From: Parasitella parasitica NRRL 2501
Taxonomy: Eukaryota; Fungi; Mucoromycota
Assembly (NCBI GenBank): GCA_025201805.1
Contig: MU619294.1
Span: 79,283-143,282, forward strand
Reading direction: 5' to 3'
DNA length: 64,000 nt
A program made the position numbers and the translations under genes. Below, piece by piece: positions 26,809 through 39,188 of this stretch. The notes beneath the pieces were generated by a model that had not been told where the DNA came from, did not search any database, and saw only the letters and a list, made by a program, of their open reading frames with translations. The number at the start of each line of letters is the position of its first letter. Within the stretch, counting starts at the first letter, position 1.

Positions 26809-27756
26809 ATGCAGAAGAATAAGGATACTATTTCTAATGAAAAGCAACTGACAGAAAGCCAAAAAGAAGCAGGAGCGATGTACGGTAAAATAAACATATT
26901 TTACAGTATATTTAATTTTTCGGTTGGTTTATAGATTGTACAAGAAACTCTTGTCAGACCGCAATAAAACATTAGATGAACTACAGCAAACGCAATCCAA
27001 CTTACAAAGGAATATACCTAAAATCGTTAAAAAGCCCAATACGCCTCGAGCGGCCATAGTACGTTGTTGAGTGTATCTGATAGACCCACAACTATTTAAC
27101 AGCATCAACAGGCGTTTTCATTATTAGAAGATTTAATTGATGAATGCATTTTTGATGTATTATTTGATGTCCATAGAGACATTAAACAAGAAAACTCCAC
27201 CTGTCAAATTTGCCAAACAAAGTAATGACCAATATAATAGCAGCTCTTTTTTTTTATTTATTAATGCGTTGATGATATAGATGCAAGCATTACGGTAATT
27301 TTAATTTACTTTTTTTAGTCATGCTTCTCGTTTTCACTTACATTGCAGAACTAAAAAAAAAAAAGTTAAAAAACCTGGATTTGATGTATGGGGTAAAAGT
27401 TATACTGTCAGCAATCTGCCCTCGTATGAATGTGTAAATTGCCAGAAATCTATTGCATCAACTAGATATGCACCTCATTTAGAAAAATGCTTAGGACTAA
27501 GCGGCCGACAATCAAGTAGAGTGGCAAGCAGAAGGATGGGAGCATCTTCTCCTTCATTTTCGTCGGATGACAATAATGCAGGCACTGCGAGTCCTGATAG
27601 TGATGCATACGATCGTAACAATAGTAAAAAGAAAAAGCAGTTTTCGTCTGTAAGTTTATTACTCTCTGATGTTTATTCTTGTTATTCATTGTTTTATTGC
27701 AGCCCTCATTCTCAAATGGCGTATCGAGAGTAAAGAAGTTGAAGTATATGGAGTAG
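26809..27756 (+). CDS. SGF11: SAGA deubiquitinase-module subunit Sgf11 (multi-exon)
   Basis: LLEDLIDECIFDVLFDVHRDIK, KPGFDVWG and the zinc finger YECVNCQKSIASTRYAPHLEKCLGL..RQSSRVASRR. Confidence 0.9.
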
Positions 27757-27838
27757 ATTCATAATCATTTATTATAAATAGGCTTGTTTTTTGCTGCAAA
27801 TGATGCTTTTTATTTTTTTTTTTCCTTTAGAATAAAGC

Positions 27839-28379
27839 ATGTTTGCATATATTTTTACACTACTGATCTGTCTAGTGTGTGTTCTGACCCGCGTCCAAGG
27901 CTTTTGTATTTATAATTACTCGAAAGATACAACTTTCCACGTCCGTCAGGAACCATTAAACACAGGAGGCACATATTTCTCGTAATGCTTGCGTTTGCAC
28001 AACACACTGACATTTGTACCTAATGACATTTATATAGTCGGTTCCAAGTAAAAAGTCTAGGGCCAGGAGAAAAGGCTTGCTGTCCATACACATCGTTTGA
28101 TTGTAATCGAAGCGGCGGTGTAGACGATCAGATACAAATAGCTGTAAGCTTTCTTGCTTTTTAAAAATACGTAGATCTAATAGCAATCCATTATAGTTTA
28201 AGGCATACTGGGCCGGTGATGACACTGATTACACTTATTCAACATATTTGACATCAGGCGGTTGGTTAGAATTCCACAGTGGTGGTCCTGGGGATCCTGA
28301 CACTCGTGTATTTAAATCCAATAGAGCGCGATATAACAATGGCTTTAGCCGTACAGCCAAAGGTTTATTTTTGAATTGA
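27839..28379 (+). CDS. Small secreted Cys-containing protein, 143 aa, 3 exons (not in ORF track)
   Basis: Exons 27839-27981, 28038-28143 and 28197-28379 join through GT-AG introns with branch-like ctaat into an open frame: MFAYIFTLLICLVCVLTRVQG-FCIYNYSKD...GPGEKACCPYTSFDCN...SGGWLEF...LFLN*. Confidence 0.85.
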
Positions 28380-28449
28380 GCAACTTTTTATTCCTTATTT
28401 AATAAAGTAGTGCGAGCGATAATGGTATACTATTATATCAAACTGGATA

Positions 28450-29376
28450 TTAACGCTGTTCGTATTTACCGTTGTGATCAAACGAGTTGTTGGGTACATC
28501 TAATGTGCGGATAGGCGGTAACCGTATGCCGTCCATCCCGTTGTCATTGTTTCCAGCGGTAGTTGGGGTGCTACTGTTCATGCCAGGTACTCTTTTTAAT
28601 CGCTCAATCCATATTTCAGCTCTTTCCACAGTATCTGAAAATACAGTGGAGACAGAGTTCAACATATTTACGGATTCTTGACCAAACTCAAGCAATTTGA
28701 CAGCTGCTTCTTCCTGTTTTGTGTCATTAACGAATGGGCAGGTGCTGGCTGATCTCGGGCCTAACATGGGAGATCCAGCAGGTGAATTAGTTGTTGATCG
28801 GATATCATTCGAAGATGCCTATACGATGGTGAGCATTACATAAACAAACCAAACACAAAGATTTTTTACCCATTTCCCAGGCAAGTTGAGTATAAATCCT
28901 CGGACTGATTGCCTTGATTGTGAAGGTAATGATGCGCCTGCATATTTTGTAATGACTTCGACCACTTTTCTCAATGTTTCGACGATATCTCTTTTGATGC
29001 CTGATAGAACAGATTGATTTTTAATATTACTGTTAACGGTTAATGTAGATGAAGCTGATTTGGTGGTCGCCAAGGAAACAAGATAGCTCTTCAAAACTGA
29101 CATTTGTTGCTCAATGTGCTGGATGGCGTATTTCAGCCAACTTAAACAGTACTTGAGGCATTTCATTGAATCCTCGCTAATAACTGCTGCTGTTGTACCT
29201 GCTGCTGATCCAGCGCCCATAACTAATTGTTGCCATCGACTTATAGTAGATGGTGCTGCTGTGCCAGCTGCAGTGGGATGAGGGTGGTGCGTTGAATAAG
29301 GGGCTGGTATTGTCCTTGCAGGGGAGCTGCTGCGTGATGAGGCTTTATGGTTCTTTCTTTGTCTGTAATTATCCAT
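28450..29376 (-). CDS. OPI1: Opi1-family transcriptional repressor
   Basis: SRWQQLVMGAG..AVISEDSMKCLKYCLSWLKYA, IKRDIVETLRKVVEVITKYAGASLP..RQSVRGFILNLPGKW, KLLEFGQESVNML..VF. The start codon is uncertain. Confidence 0.88.
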
Positions 29377-30120
29377 AATTGCTTCCAATACGCCTTGTAA
29401 AAGAGAAAAGCAAAAAAGAAAAAGAGGGATGTTTAAAAGGAAGCGAAGCAATTGGCTTGACAGATTTTCACGTGAATAAGTAGTTGAATAGGTTGTAGCT
29501 GTTCTGAGGCTTATATGTGTCCTTCCTTCCTTCCTTTGTTTGCGCACTGATCTCCAGAAAAAACCAAAAAGGGAGCTCATTCAAAATGAAGGCTGTTATG
29601 TTAAGATTTGAAGCGTTCAAAATATTGAAAGAAATCAAATGTATGGTCTTGTCTTGGCTTGAGCATGCTTTTTAGATTAATCACTGTCGTTAGATCTCAC
29701 AACAAATATGCAGACCCTGTCTATCACAGATTGCATGTCTTTTGATGAGGTTCCTGCTTGCTTATCTTCGTCAATGGCACTGCCATAGTTTACAAGTCCT
29801 GAGCTAAATACCTCGCACACATGTTACAAATACAGCTTATCTTGTTCATTGTCGCAGTAGGCGCCTTGAACCGTTCTAATATCTCCTTTGCTATCTTTGA
29901 TTGTTTCTTTCAATAATGTTGTATCGTTTCCAGAATAGTGCTTTCAGATATTGCTACACTCTATTGCTATAGCTCCCTAAAAATCTAGCAGAGCTGTGCA
30001 ATAAAATAGTGTTTACATCTGCTCGTACATTATTATCAGAAGTAAAGATGAAATGCCTAAAATTCAAGCATTGGATTGACACTATTCAAGGATGATAAGG
30101 ATATCTTTAATATACGTGAT

Positions 30121-31370
30121 TTATCGATTTATAGAAATGACTCGATCAACAGCAGAAATTACTTCGTCTATGTTTGGTCTAGCATTGGGATCAATATTCA
30201 ACATCCAAGATATCAGATCCTGAAGTTTTTTGGAGTATATATCTTTTTTAGCGCTTGGAAAATTAAACTGTCTGTTTAGCACAGCAAGTGCCATTGTTCC
30301 TCCTTGCTGGTTTATGGTCATTTCAAATGGTGATTCTCCATACGCCATGGTGAACAATGTGCAGCCCAAAGACCAAACATCAACCTTCTCGGTTAAAGAT
30401 GTACCCGATTTTACGTCAAACAACTCAGGCGCTCTATAAGGCATTGAACAGTTCTCGGCAGCATCGTCTTGCTGTTTCATTGCTGTTTGTCTATCTGTAA
30501 TTTCAATTTGTGCTGGCCTTGCTGATCCGAAATCCATCAAGATGGGTGTTCTTCCATCATCTGAGAGCAGTATATTTCTATAAAAAAAAGGGGGTATGAA
30601 TAGATCCAACTTTTTTGAAACATATTTTATTCTTACGCAGGTTTGATGTCTCGATGCGCCCATGGTATACTGACGCCTACTCTGTTTTTATAGGTTGCCA
30701 ACACTTTAACACTTGTGCAAATATCTCGAAATAGCGCCAGCATCTGCTTCTCTGGGATAGTTATTCCTTGCTGGTTGCATTTATCAATTAGATCTTGAAT
30801 ATTACCCCTCTGTATCCAAGATTTTATGAATACTCTTTCACTGAATAATTACTATAATTTACCTTGTAAAATGGCATGATAATATAAATAGTTTTACTGC
30901 CGTCTTTTTCTTTGATCATACACATATCCTGGTATCAAAATCATTTAATAGGTAAAATATTTCAGAGAAGGTAGGAAACAGTATTGTTTTTTATGCTACC
31001 TCAATTTTGATGATATTTTTGTGTTGCAGGCGGTCTGTAATGATAGCTTCTTTAACTGCTTTTTCAGCGACTTCTTTGCCCATTTTACAACATATTTTTT
31101 TGACGGCAAATAGCTGTTTATTATCATCTTCTGCCAAGTAAACGATTGAGAACCCTCTACAAATCAATAGATTAAATGTAAGAAACATTCATTTTCTCTG
31201 CAAGACAGACTCTCTACTTTTTACCCTTCGCCCAATAATTTTGTAATTCTAAAGCTTCTACCATTTGCCGTTATAACTGTATTTAAAGATTCCTGCGTGA
31301 TAATAGAAGTGTCTACAACAGATTCGACGACACTGTTAAGGGATCCTACTAAATTGGCGAAAAAAGACAT
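30121..31370 (-). CDS. ENV7: NAK-family Ser/Thr kinase, STK16/Env7 type
   Basis: LLGEGGFSIVYL, FAVKKI, WAHRDIKPANILL, PILMDFGSA, AAENCSMPYRAPELFDV, VDVWSLGCTLF..AYGESPFE. Confidence 0.9.
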
Positions 31371-33052
31371 ATCTTCTTTTTGTATATGAAGTTAATAAAA
31401 GGCGGAAAATGCGCCGAACGAAGTTTAAAAAGCATTATTTCTCATCATGTAATATTTTCGCTGCGATTGCAAACTTTATAGATATCACATAAGAATTAAT
31501 TGAGAGTAGTATGTATGTATTCATCATGTTTGTTTGATATTCTACTATAGTGTAAAGTCCTGTTTGGTATCCTACATCTTTACCTTCATTATTATTTAAA
31601 ACAAACTATCACGTGATAAATTATTCCCCAATTCTTTTATTCATTTTGAAATTTATAAATATCGATGATCACCTTCGCGTTGACAGGAAAAAGTAAGAAA
31701 AATCAAAAAACATAACAGTATTTGATAAATAGATATTACCAATATATCCATGACAAAATTGTTTAGAATAACGAAATATAGACAGAAAAAATACAACTAG
31801 AACTGAATATATTTATTTAGCTAATCCAAGATTGTATGAGGATTTTAACTAGTGTATGTTTCGAAGATATTCATAGCTATTTGGTAGTGCCGCAGAAATA
31901 AGACCTTGATTGTATGAGTGATAATTGGGTGCACTTGTGCCGCTTTTTGCCTAGTAACTGGAGGTTGAATCTCATCCTAGTTCCTACATTGACGCTGACA
32001 CATTCAAATGGAATTGAGTATAAAGACTTTTAGATACCAGGACCAGAGCAATCCTGGCATCTTTTTTTTTATCATTAATAAAGACCCCTCGTTCTCCGTG
32101 ATATAATCGCTTGTAGTCTCTTTATTTAATTGTCTTTGGAAATAATCGTTATTCATATCGAAATAACTCTCAAGAATGAAGGATAATTGGATACTCTTTG
32201 TTCCAAAAAGGCATGAGATCAAGCAATTATTAGATTGATGATTCTTTGTATACAAAGTCAAGCATAAGCTATTGATATATAATATAAAATGTAATGAACT
32301 TGGTATTACTGTACATATTACCAAGTTTAATATTTAACCACAATGACGACAATTAGTGCTATAAAAGACATAAGCTAGTATTAAAGATGGTCTTCTTGTC
32401 TATAAAGTCATTAGTTCTTTGTGTCTGATTCTATCTTTGTGAAGTTATACATTTTTTGAACAGATTATATTTATATATTATCCTTTACGCACAACAATAC
32501 TTGTCGAAACAGGAGAGCAAAATCTGTTTCAAATCAAGAAGGTCGTCTGTAACACAGGTCTGTGTGATTGACAAACAATAAGGTACTATCAGATCAAAGA
32601 TGATTAACCTTGTAGTATAATAATACATCGTACCCTTTCAAGGACGATGACATCACTTGCAAATTTATCTTATCGATTAGTATTTTGATTAAGTCACCAA
32701 AAATTTATGTTGCAAAGTCGAATCTTTTATAAGTAATCACAAGTTTTTGTATCTCGTTAATTCAAGGTTTTATTTTATACATTTCTTATTTTCGATCTTG
32801 CAGATCTCAACAACAGTAGCCTTTATATGGATACAACAATAGCCTCTAGAATCAATTTACAATTATCAGTATAAATATAACATGTATTTCATTTAATAAA
32901 ATATTATCATTACCCTGATAATCAAAGTCTCTTATAACGTCTCTTATTCAGCACTCATCCAAACACTATTTTAATATATATCACGTGATTTTTCTCTGTA
33001 GTATATTTTGAAGTATCTTATATATGTATTTACTTTTACAGAAATCAAAAAA

Positions 33053-33126
33053 GCTTCCGTGGCGCAATTGGCTAGCGCGTCTGACTGTTAATCAGGAGGT
33101 TGGTGGTTCAAGCCCACCCGGGAGCG
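33053..33126 (+). tRNA. trnN-GTT: tRNA-Asn (GTT), intronless
   Basis: Acceptor stem GCTTCCG/CGGGAGC, D-arm GCGCAATTGGCTAGCGC, anticodon arm TCTGA-CTGTTAA-TCAGG, T-arm GGTGG-TTCAAGC-CCACC, followed by a T-run (Pol III terminator). Confidence 0.97.
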
Positions 33127-34381
33127 TTTTTTTATTAAATGTTGATTTTAGTGAGACGTTGTTAGGTGGCCACAGATTTTGCATGCAAAGTATTTAAACT
33201 TGTTAGACACGAAGGTATTGATTAATAAGAAGCTTGTATATCTATGATTTGTCAAAATTTTCCTAATGGCGGGGGTCGCAGTCAAACTCTCAAGTAAACA
33301 CAATCCAGGAACATATCTCAGAAGTAGATTAACATTTCCATGGATGAACAGTAGTAGATACAATCTATCGTTCCATTCTCTAAAACTCATACCATGTCTA
33401 CTCACACTCTTCCAACTTATTATCCTTCCATCAGTTCATTTATAAGTGTAAATTCACTCTTTTATAAACCATCAGTTTTTAATGTAATGCACGAGATCTC
33501 TACCTGTTTAATTTGCAACCGTTCTTTTTTTTTGAATAATTTCTCATCCTGATAAATCAAATACCGGCGAATCAGCCTGAGAAGTTGTAGTGATAGAAAG
33601 CAAGGTTGAAGCGGATTTTATATGGAATCAACAACAATGAAAGAGGTTGCAATAAATTCAAATTAACTCGTATATAATATCTCTTACATCGTCCAAGCTA
33701 TTGTTACAACTATAGAGTAGTTGAGTGTACTTCTAGTAGATAGAGTTCCGTCAACTCTTACAGAAAAAAAAAGTAATCTGTACAGTAGAAGACTTGCCAA
33801 TGACAAAATAACTCTCATGAAATGATACTGTTTATCGTCATATTTATTATTTTATTAAATCCTCTTCTACAATTTAAGCCTAAAAAGAACTAAAAGAAGT
33901 AAAGTTTATGTGAACAATTACACTCCTAATGTTCGAACCAAAAAAAAAAAAAAAAGAGCCAGAGATACACGAGATACGAAAACTTTATGATACTTTATTT
34001 AAATCGAAATTGCATCTGCTATTTACACCTTTTACAACCACATAAATTTATGGTGACTCATTTAGATTACTAAATGACAGTGTTATATCAGAAACATGGC
34101 AAGATTTCACATCAGGTTCCCAGACCACTTCTAGGGTCTTAAAGTAGATCATGGGTAGTCATGATTTACATTATGCAGTAGACAATAGAACCATAATGTA
34201 ATGAATGCGTATATAATATATAGAGAGGCGTATTATGAATAAAAGCGTAATCGCCATGGCCAACTTGTGTGATAAAATCCTAACTAATGGTGACGCTTTA
34301 GCAACTAAACGTCTAAAATATGCACCAGTGATTAGATTTTACACTTCTATTTTAAAAAATAAAAGAACACATTTATTATTC

Positions 34382-34960
34382 CTAAAGCAGATCACCTAAT
34401 TTACCATTATTCGAAGCCATGTTTGTAGCAAATGCAGTTGATGGCGAGATTACATAAAACCAATTCGACGACTCAATATTTCTATTGAGCAGGTCTGTCT
34501 TTTGCAACAATCCAACAACAAAAACAATATCGGCAACGTCAACCACTACAAACTTTTTCGTTTCATATTCTCGGAACGGTTGGACCATTGGTATACGGTG
34601 ATGGTTGGTGGTGTTTCATCACTTCAACAATCGCGTACAAGCTGCCACATGATATTCCATTCTTAATAGCAAGCTGGATATCATACTCAAAGTAGAAATG
34701 GACCTTGCCAACAAACCAGTGTGGCACTGATTGTACGCAGTGATTGAGCCTATCAATAGTTGTTACGTGTTAATTTTCATCATCATCATGGTAAAAATAT
34801 ACATACCTTTTCTTGACGATTGACTCAAACATAATATGTTCACCTCCTCTAGCACTGGACCCTGAATTTGCTTTGAAAAACAACGATGCCAAGACATGAC
34901 CATCACTCCAAAGTTTAGCAGCAGGCGTCAGCAGTTTTTCCAAGTTCAAAGGTTCTGAAT
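34382..34960 (-). mobile_element. Decayed DNA-transposon ORF C-terminus (CACTA/Mirage-like)
   Basis: Spliced/frameshifted reading HIMFESIVKKR|..HWFVGKVHFYFEY..LYAIVEVMKHH..PMVQPF..FVVVDVADIVFVVGLLQ..WFYVISP resembles C-termini of Mucorales CACTA-type transposases. No intact N-terminus. Confidence 0.45.
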
Positions 34961-36075
34961 GGGTTTTGCTGATACCCAAGAAACGCCTCTTGTATGCTGA
35001 TAACGCTAGAACAAATTTATCTACGGGTACCAAGCCTTCTATCAGCAAGAAAGCTCAATCGTTAGCAGAAGAAAAATCCAGAACAACAAGAGACGAGAAT
35101 GATTCCAAAGCTGAGGGTGCCGTTTCTAACAGCCAGGAATCAATCATGCCAATTGTTTCAATCTTGTTTGAGGAACCGCAATAAAGTTAATATCTAGTGC
35201 AATCGAAGAGGACATTAACTATAAAAGACACATCCAATATACACCCCTATTTCCTTTCCTTTACCAAAAATCCGTACCTATTTAAATAACCAAAAAATTA
35301 CCATTCTGAGTTTGGTAGCATTTAAACATATACTGTTTCTTACATTATTTCTAATATCAATAAAACAGCAGATTTTTATTTTTGAACATCCAAATCACAG
35401 AAAGCTTTAGAAACTAGTCCCTCAAACTAATCTGCTAATTCTCCCAAATACGTTGATAGCATTTGCATCGAAATTCACCCTTGCTTGCATTACGAGTTAC
35501 ACATCGTGTTATGTCAAAAGTCAAATAGCCTGAAATCTGCACTTTATTACGGATACATCCTATAGATGTATTTATACACAATGTTATTATGTTAGGTTTA
35601 GCATAATGTGAATTATAACAAAGGTTTTACTATCTAGAACCAGTGGGTTGTAAATCAGGATTATCCATGATTTACCTCAGATATCAATGCTGAGAGTGAG
35701 ACATTTTTCAGAGACTTATGATACAACCTATCGGTTACAAACATTCAGGGCCGAAAGTTTTACTTCTGATCTTTGAGAAATTATTATTCAAATTATTAAT
35801 AATATCCTATATCGCGTTTTCCAATACATGCTAAGGCCAAATAGCGATGAATTAGCTGCTGGATGCTCATTTTGCGGAGGGAGAGTCATAGAAGAAGGGC
35901 TCATAGTGATTTCCCAAGGAATTAGAGTAATGCGAAAAGCCAGTTGAAGCGAGTACGTTTATACCAATTAATGTGTCCAATATGTTTAGTATATTTAATA
36001 TGCTTGATTAAATTAGATTGAATGTTTGTTAACAGTCAATTTAATAAAGTATTTGTAACGATCGCTTGGCATGTA

Positions 36076-37990
36076 CAATCTTTTTATGGTTTCTGAAATA
36101 AAAGTTCAAGTAAATGATACGTTTCACAGTGTTTGTGATAATATGTATTAGGGTTTCTGATAACAAACCTTTTATTTCTAATAAAAGCTAAGAAGTTTCT
36201 AAGGGAAGAGAAATGTCTCCCTAAAAAGATTTCAAGTGGGAATTTCATATTTAGAGAGAAAGAGTAATTGCTTTGTTTTATTCATAGTGAAAATATAAAG
36301 AGAATCTGTTGTGAAATAAAGCTATCTACATCATGTCTCTAAGTTCAAGGTATTCCTCAAAAAAAAAGGTTACGGCTGTCTATGGACAAACATTTGTAAT
36401 TTTGGGTGTAAGTGTGTCTGTAGACTTTGGATCAAAAACTTTTAACTGGATTCAGGAACGAAGAGCGAGATTAAAGATAAACAAATTTATGTCCTTGGGA
36501 TTTCATAAATTTCTATACAGATAATTTTATATGAATGAGTGTGTTATCCTGGTGGCAGATTGTTTCCTTTTCTCTGGTATTATCTAGTGTAGAAGATCTT
36601 GCCAGACAAGTACCAAGCTGGATTCTCTGTATCCAGTTGCACAGTAGAACAGCTAGTCAAACCTGTGCCATCTTTCCCACAATAGTGGAATGATTCAAAA
36701 GTGTGTACCTTTGCAAAGCCAGCGTAGATTTCAGGCGCCTGATTTTTTTTTTTTTTTTTGGTCTAGCAAACTTTAGTGTGTCTTGTAAGAAAACAATATT
36801 TAGTGATCTCAAACATAAAAAAAAGTAATTCAAAGTAATGCATTAGACTATAAGACACCTTTTGATGACATATTTGCGTAGCTTAGAGCAAATTTTTGTA
36901 TTTTTCAAGTTGACATCAGATGTAGGTAGCAACCTTTCTAACTCTTTTCGGCAAAGTATTTTTCAAAATCGGAGTGTGAGATTGTCAGGCCAGGTAAAGA
37001 CATGAAAGCACTACCATTAGAAAGCCAAGAAGCGCACCATTTGAACAAACTATTTTCAATTGTTTTTCTCTTAATTTAGTTAATCTATAGCTTCTCAAAA
37101 CTAATGCTTTCTTCAAAAAAATATCATTTTTCTCTGATAGCGGAGATTAAACGCGTCCAAAACCAGGAAGAAAAAATTCTTCCAGAAACTCAATTTGGAC
37201 ATTTCGAAAACAAAATTACTCCTTTGAGGCAAGATATCATCCTCTGATACTATGCATACCACGGCTGTCAGTCTATGATAATAGCTGTATTTTTGGGCGC
37301 TCTATGGTATCATTTCATAATTCCGGTATGCTTATGGAATTAGTTCTGTTGAGAAAACCTCAAAAACAGATTAAGAGAGGAAAGTCAACATTTTGCTTAA
37401 TCAGAGCGCATTTCCAGTCTCTCAGATCAAGAAATGGACTTTCACGATCATTTTCTTCTAATATATGCTATAGTAAAAAGTTGCATTTTTGAGGTCAAAA
37501 TCGAGGATAATGCATAATCGATGATTTTGGATGGGTGGATACAAGGAAAAAATCGAAAAAATCCGTCATTTTGCATCGAAAAAAAAATCATGCTCAAATT
37601 GCACCAAAATCATATATAATATAGTTTCTTCCCAGTGGATACTATTTCTGGTGCTTTCAAGACACTTTTGATTATAAAAATCAATCAAAAAGTGGCACAC
37701 AAAGCTAAATTTCATGCTTTTAAGCTGTAAAAATATCTATTTGGAGATGATAACACCTCAATATCAATTCTAGTAAATGACACAGCTCTAAAAGTAAGTA
37801 TTTTTGATATCACAAGTATACCTTTCTTCATAGTAAAACGATAAAACAGGTGTGGCTCTTCTCCCAGAAACTTCTCAGCTTTTATCAGAAATAAAAGGTT
37901 TGTTATCAGAAACCCTAATACATATTATCACAAACACCGTGACATGTATCATTTACTTGAACTTTTTTTCCAGAAACTGCAAAATGACAG
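36076..37990. mobile_element. Non-autonomous TIR element (1915 bp), 135-bp terminal inverted repeats, TA flanks (Tc1/mariner/pogo-like)
   Basis: 36076-36210 aligns ungapped to the reverse complement of 37856-37990 (16 mismatches in 135 by hand). TA lies at 36074-75 and 37991-92. No intact internal ORF. Confidence 0.85.
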
Positions 37991-38154
37991 TAGAATTCAT
38001 TCACTTTAAGGTTATCAACCACATCTAAAAATGGAAGTATTTGGCGGATAATACGGATACTAAAATCGCGTAAGGCGTCATACTTTTACTTTACGCTTTT
38101 AAAAGCAAATACAGCACTTTTCCATCTATTTACTTCAGTCCAGACTTGTCAACC

Positions 38155-39056
38155 ATGGATCTCAATTCCTCGATAACCTTGGAAGGGTCATCTTCATTAC
38201 TTGTAAACTTCTTTGGTAAGTTTTGTCGCCAAGTTAATGTACTCATCATCTTACGCGTGGTATATTAGAGTGCGGTTTGAATAGGTAAGTCGAATAAGTT
38301 GAAGACACAATTCACGGCAGTCAATAGTAAACTTCCGTATAGCATCCTATACCAACGAGGACTTTACCCTTCAGAAGATTTTGAAATGATTGAGAGATTC
38401 GGCATGAAGGTACTGATATCTGTGAATCCTGAACTTTCAAAGTATATCAACACAATTGTTCAACAGTTGCAAGGTTTGTATTCGATGCCTGAAATACGAA
38501 AAATAAGCTCACAAGTTGAATAGAATGGCTAAAAACTAATACGATTAGTAAGCTTGTTATTGTAATTAAGTCAAGAGATAAATTGAAAGTGTTGGAAAGA
38601 TGGATTTTTAATATTGAAGTAAATGGTGAAAACGGCCTTCCAATGGCAGAAAACATACCACCTGACGAGTAAAGACATACCATTCCGTTCGTACATGTAC
38701 TTCATACGCTGATTATTACATTTATAGGGCCAATGTTATTCAAAAAAATACAAAAAAGCAGATTCAATCCATCTTACGACAAATTACAGCCAGCGTGTCT
38801 TATTTACCAGAATTAGAAGTAGATGACTGTAAGATGACACTAAATCAAACAAAAATTTGTTATGTAACAAAAGTTTGTAGGTACGTTCAACGTATTAGTC
38901 TATGCCAATAAAGATGTAGTTGTGCCTGTGACATGGGGAGATAGCGGACCAAATCTTATTGAAGGAGGTGGAGAACATGTTCGTTTGAAGTCTTTTAATA
39001 CACTGGTACACAAGGTCGATTCATTTGTCGCATATAAAATGGACGATGGTTTATAA
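38155..39056 (+). CDS. MAD2: Spindle checkpoint HORMA protein Mad2 (multi-exon)
   Basis: ITLEGSS..VNFFECGLNSILYQRGLYPSEDF, KLVIVI..VLERWIFNIE, IQSILRQITASVSYLP, CTFNVLVY, VRLKSFNTLVHKVDSFVAYK. Confidence 0.95.
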
Positions 39057-39188
39057 AAAAACACAAAGCACAAGCACAAGCACTAGCAAATACAAAAACA
39101 AAAACAAAATAAAAACAAAACTTTACAATAAGGCATATATAACTCTTAAAATATTGTTCAAGTCTATTTGTTTAAAATCTAGATTACT

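Noticed and set aside
27860-28380. Possible structured ncRNA (telomerase/snRNA-like) because of an Sm-site-like ATTTTTG at ~28367 after a hairpin and a CACAACACAC tract
   Set aside because: The region is fully explained by a three-exon protein-coding gene with canonical introns, and the CACAA tract falls inside intron 1.
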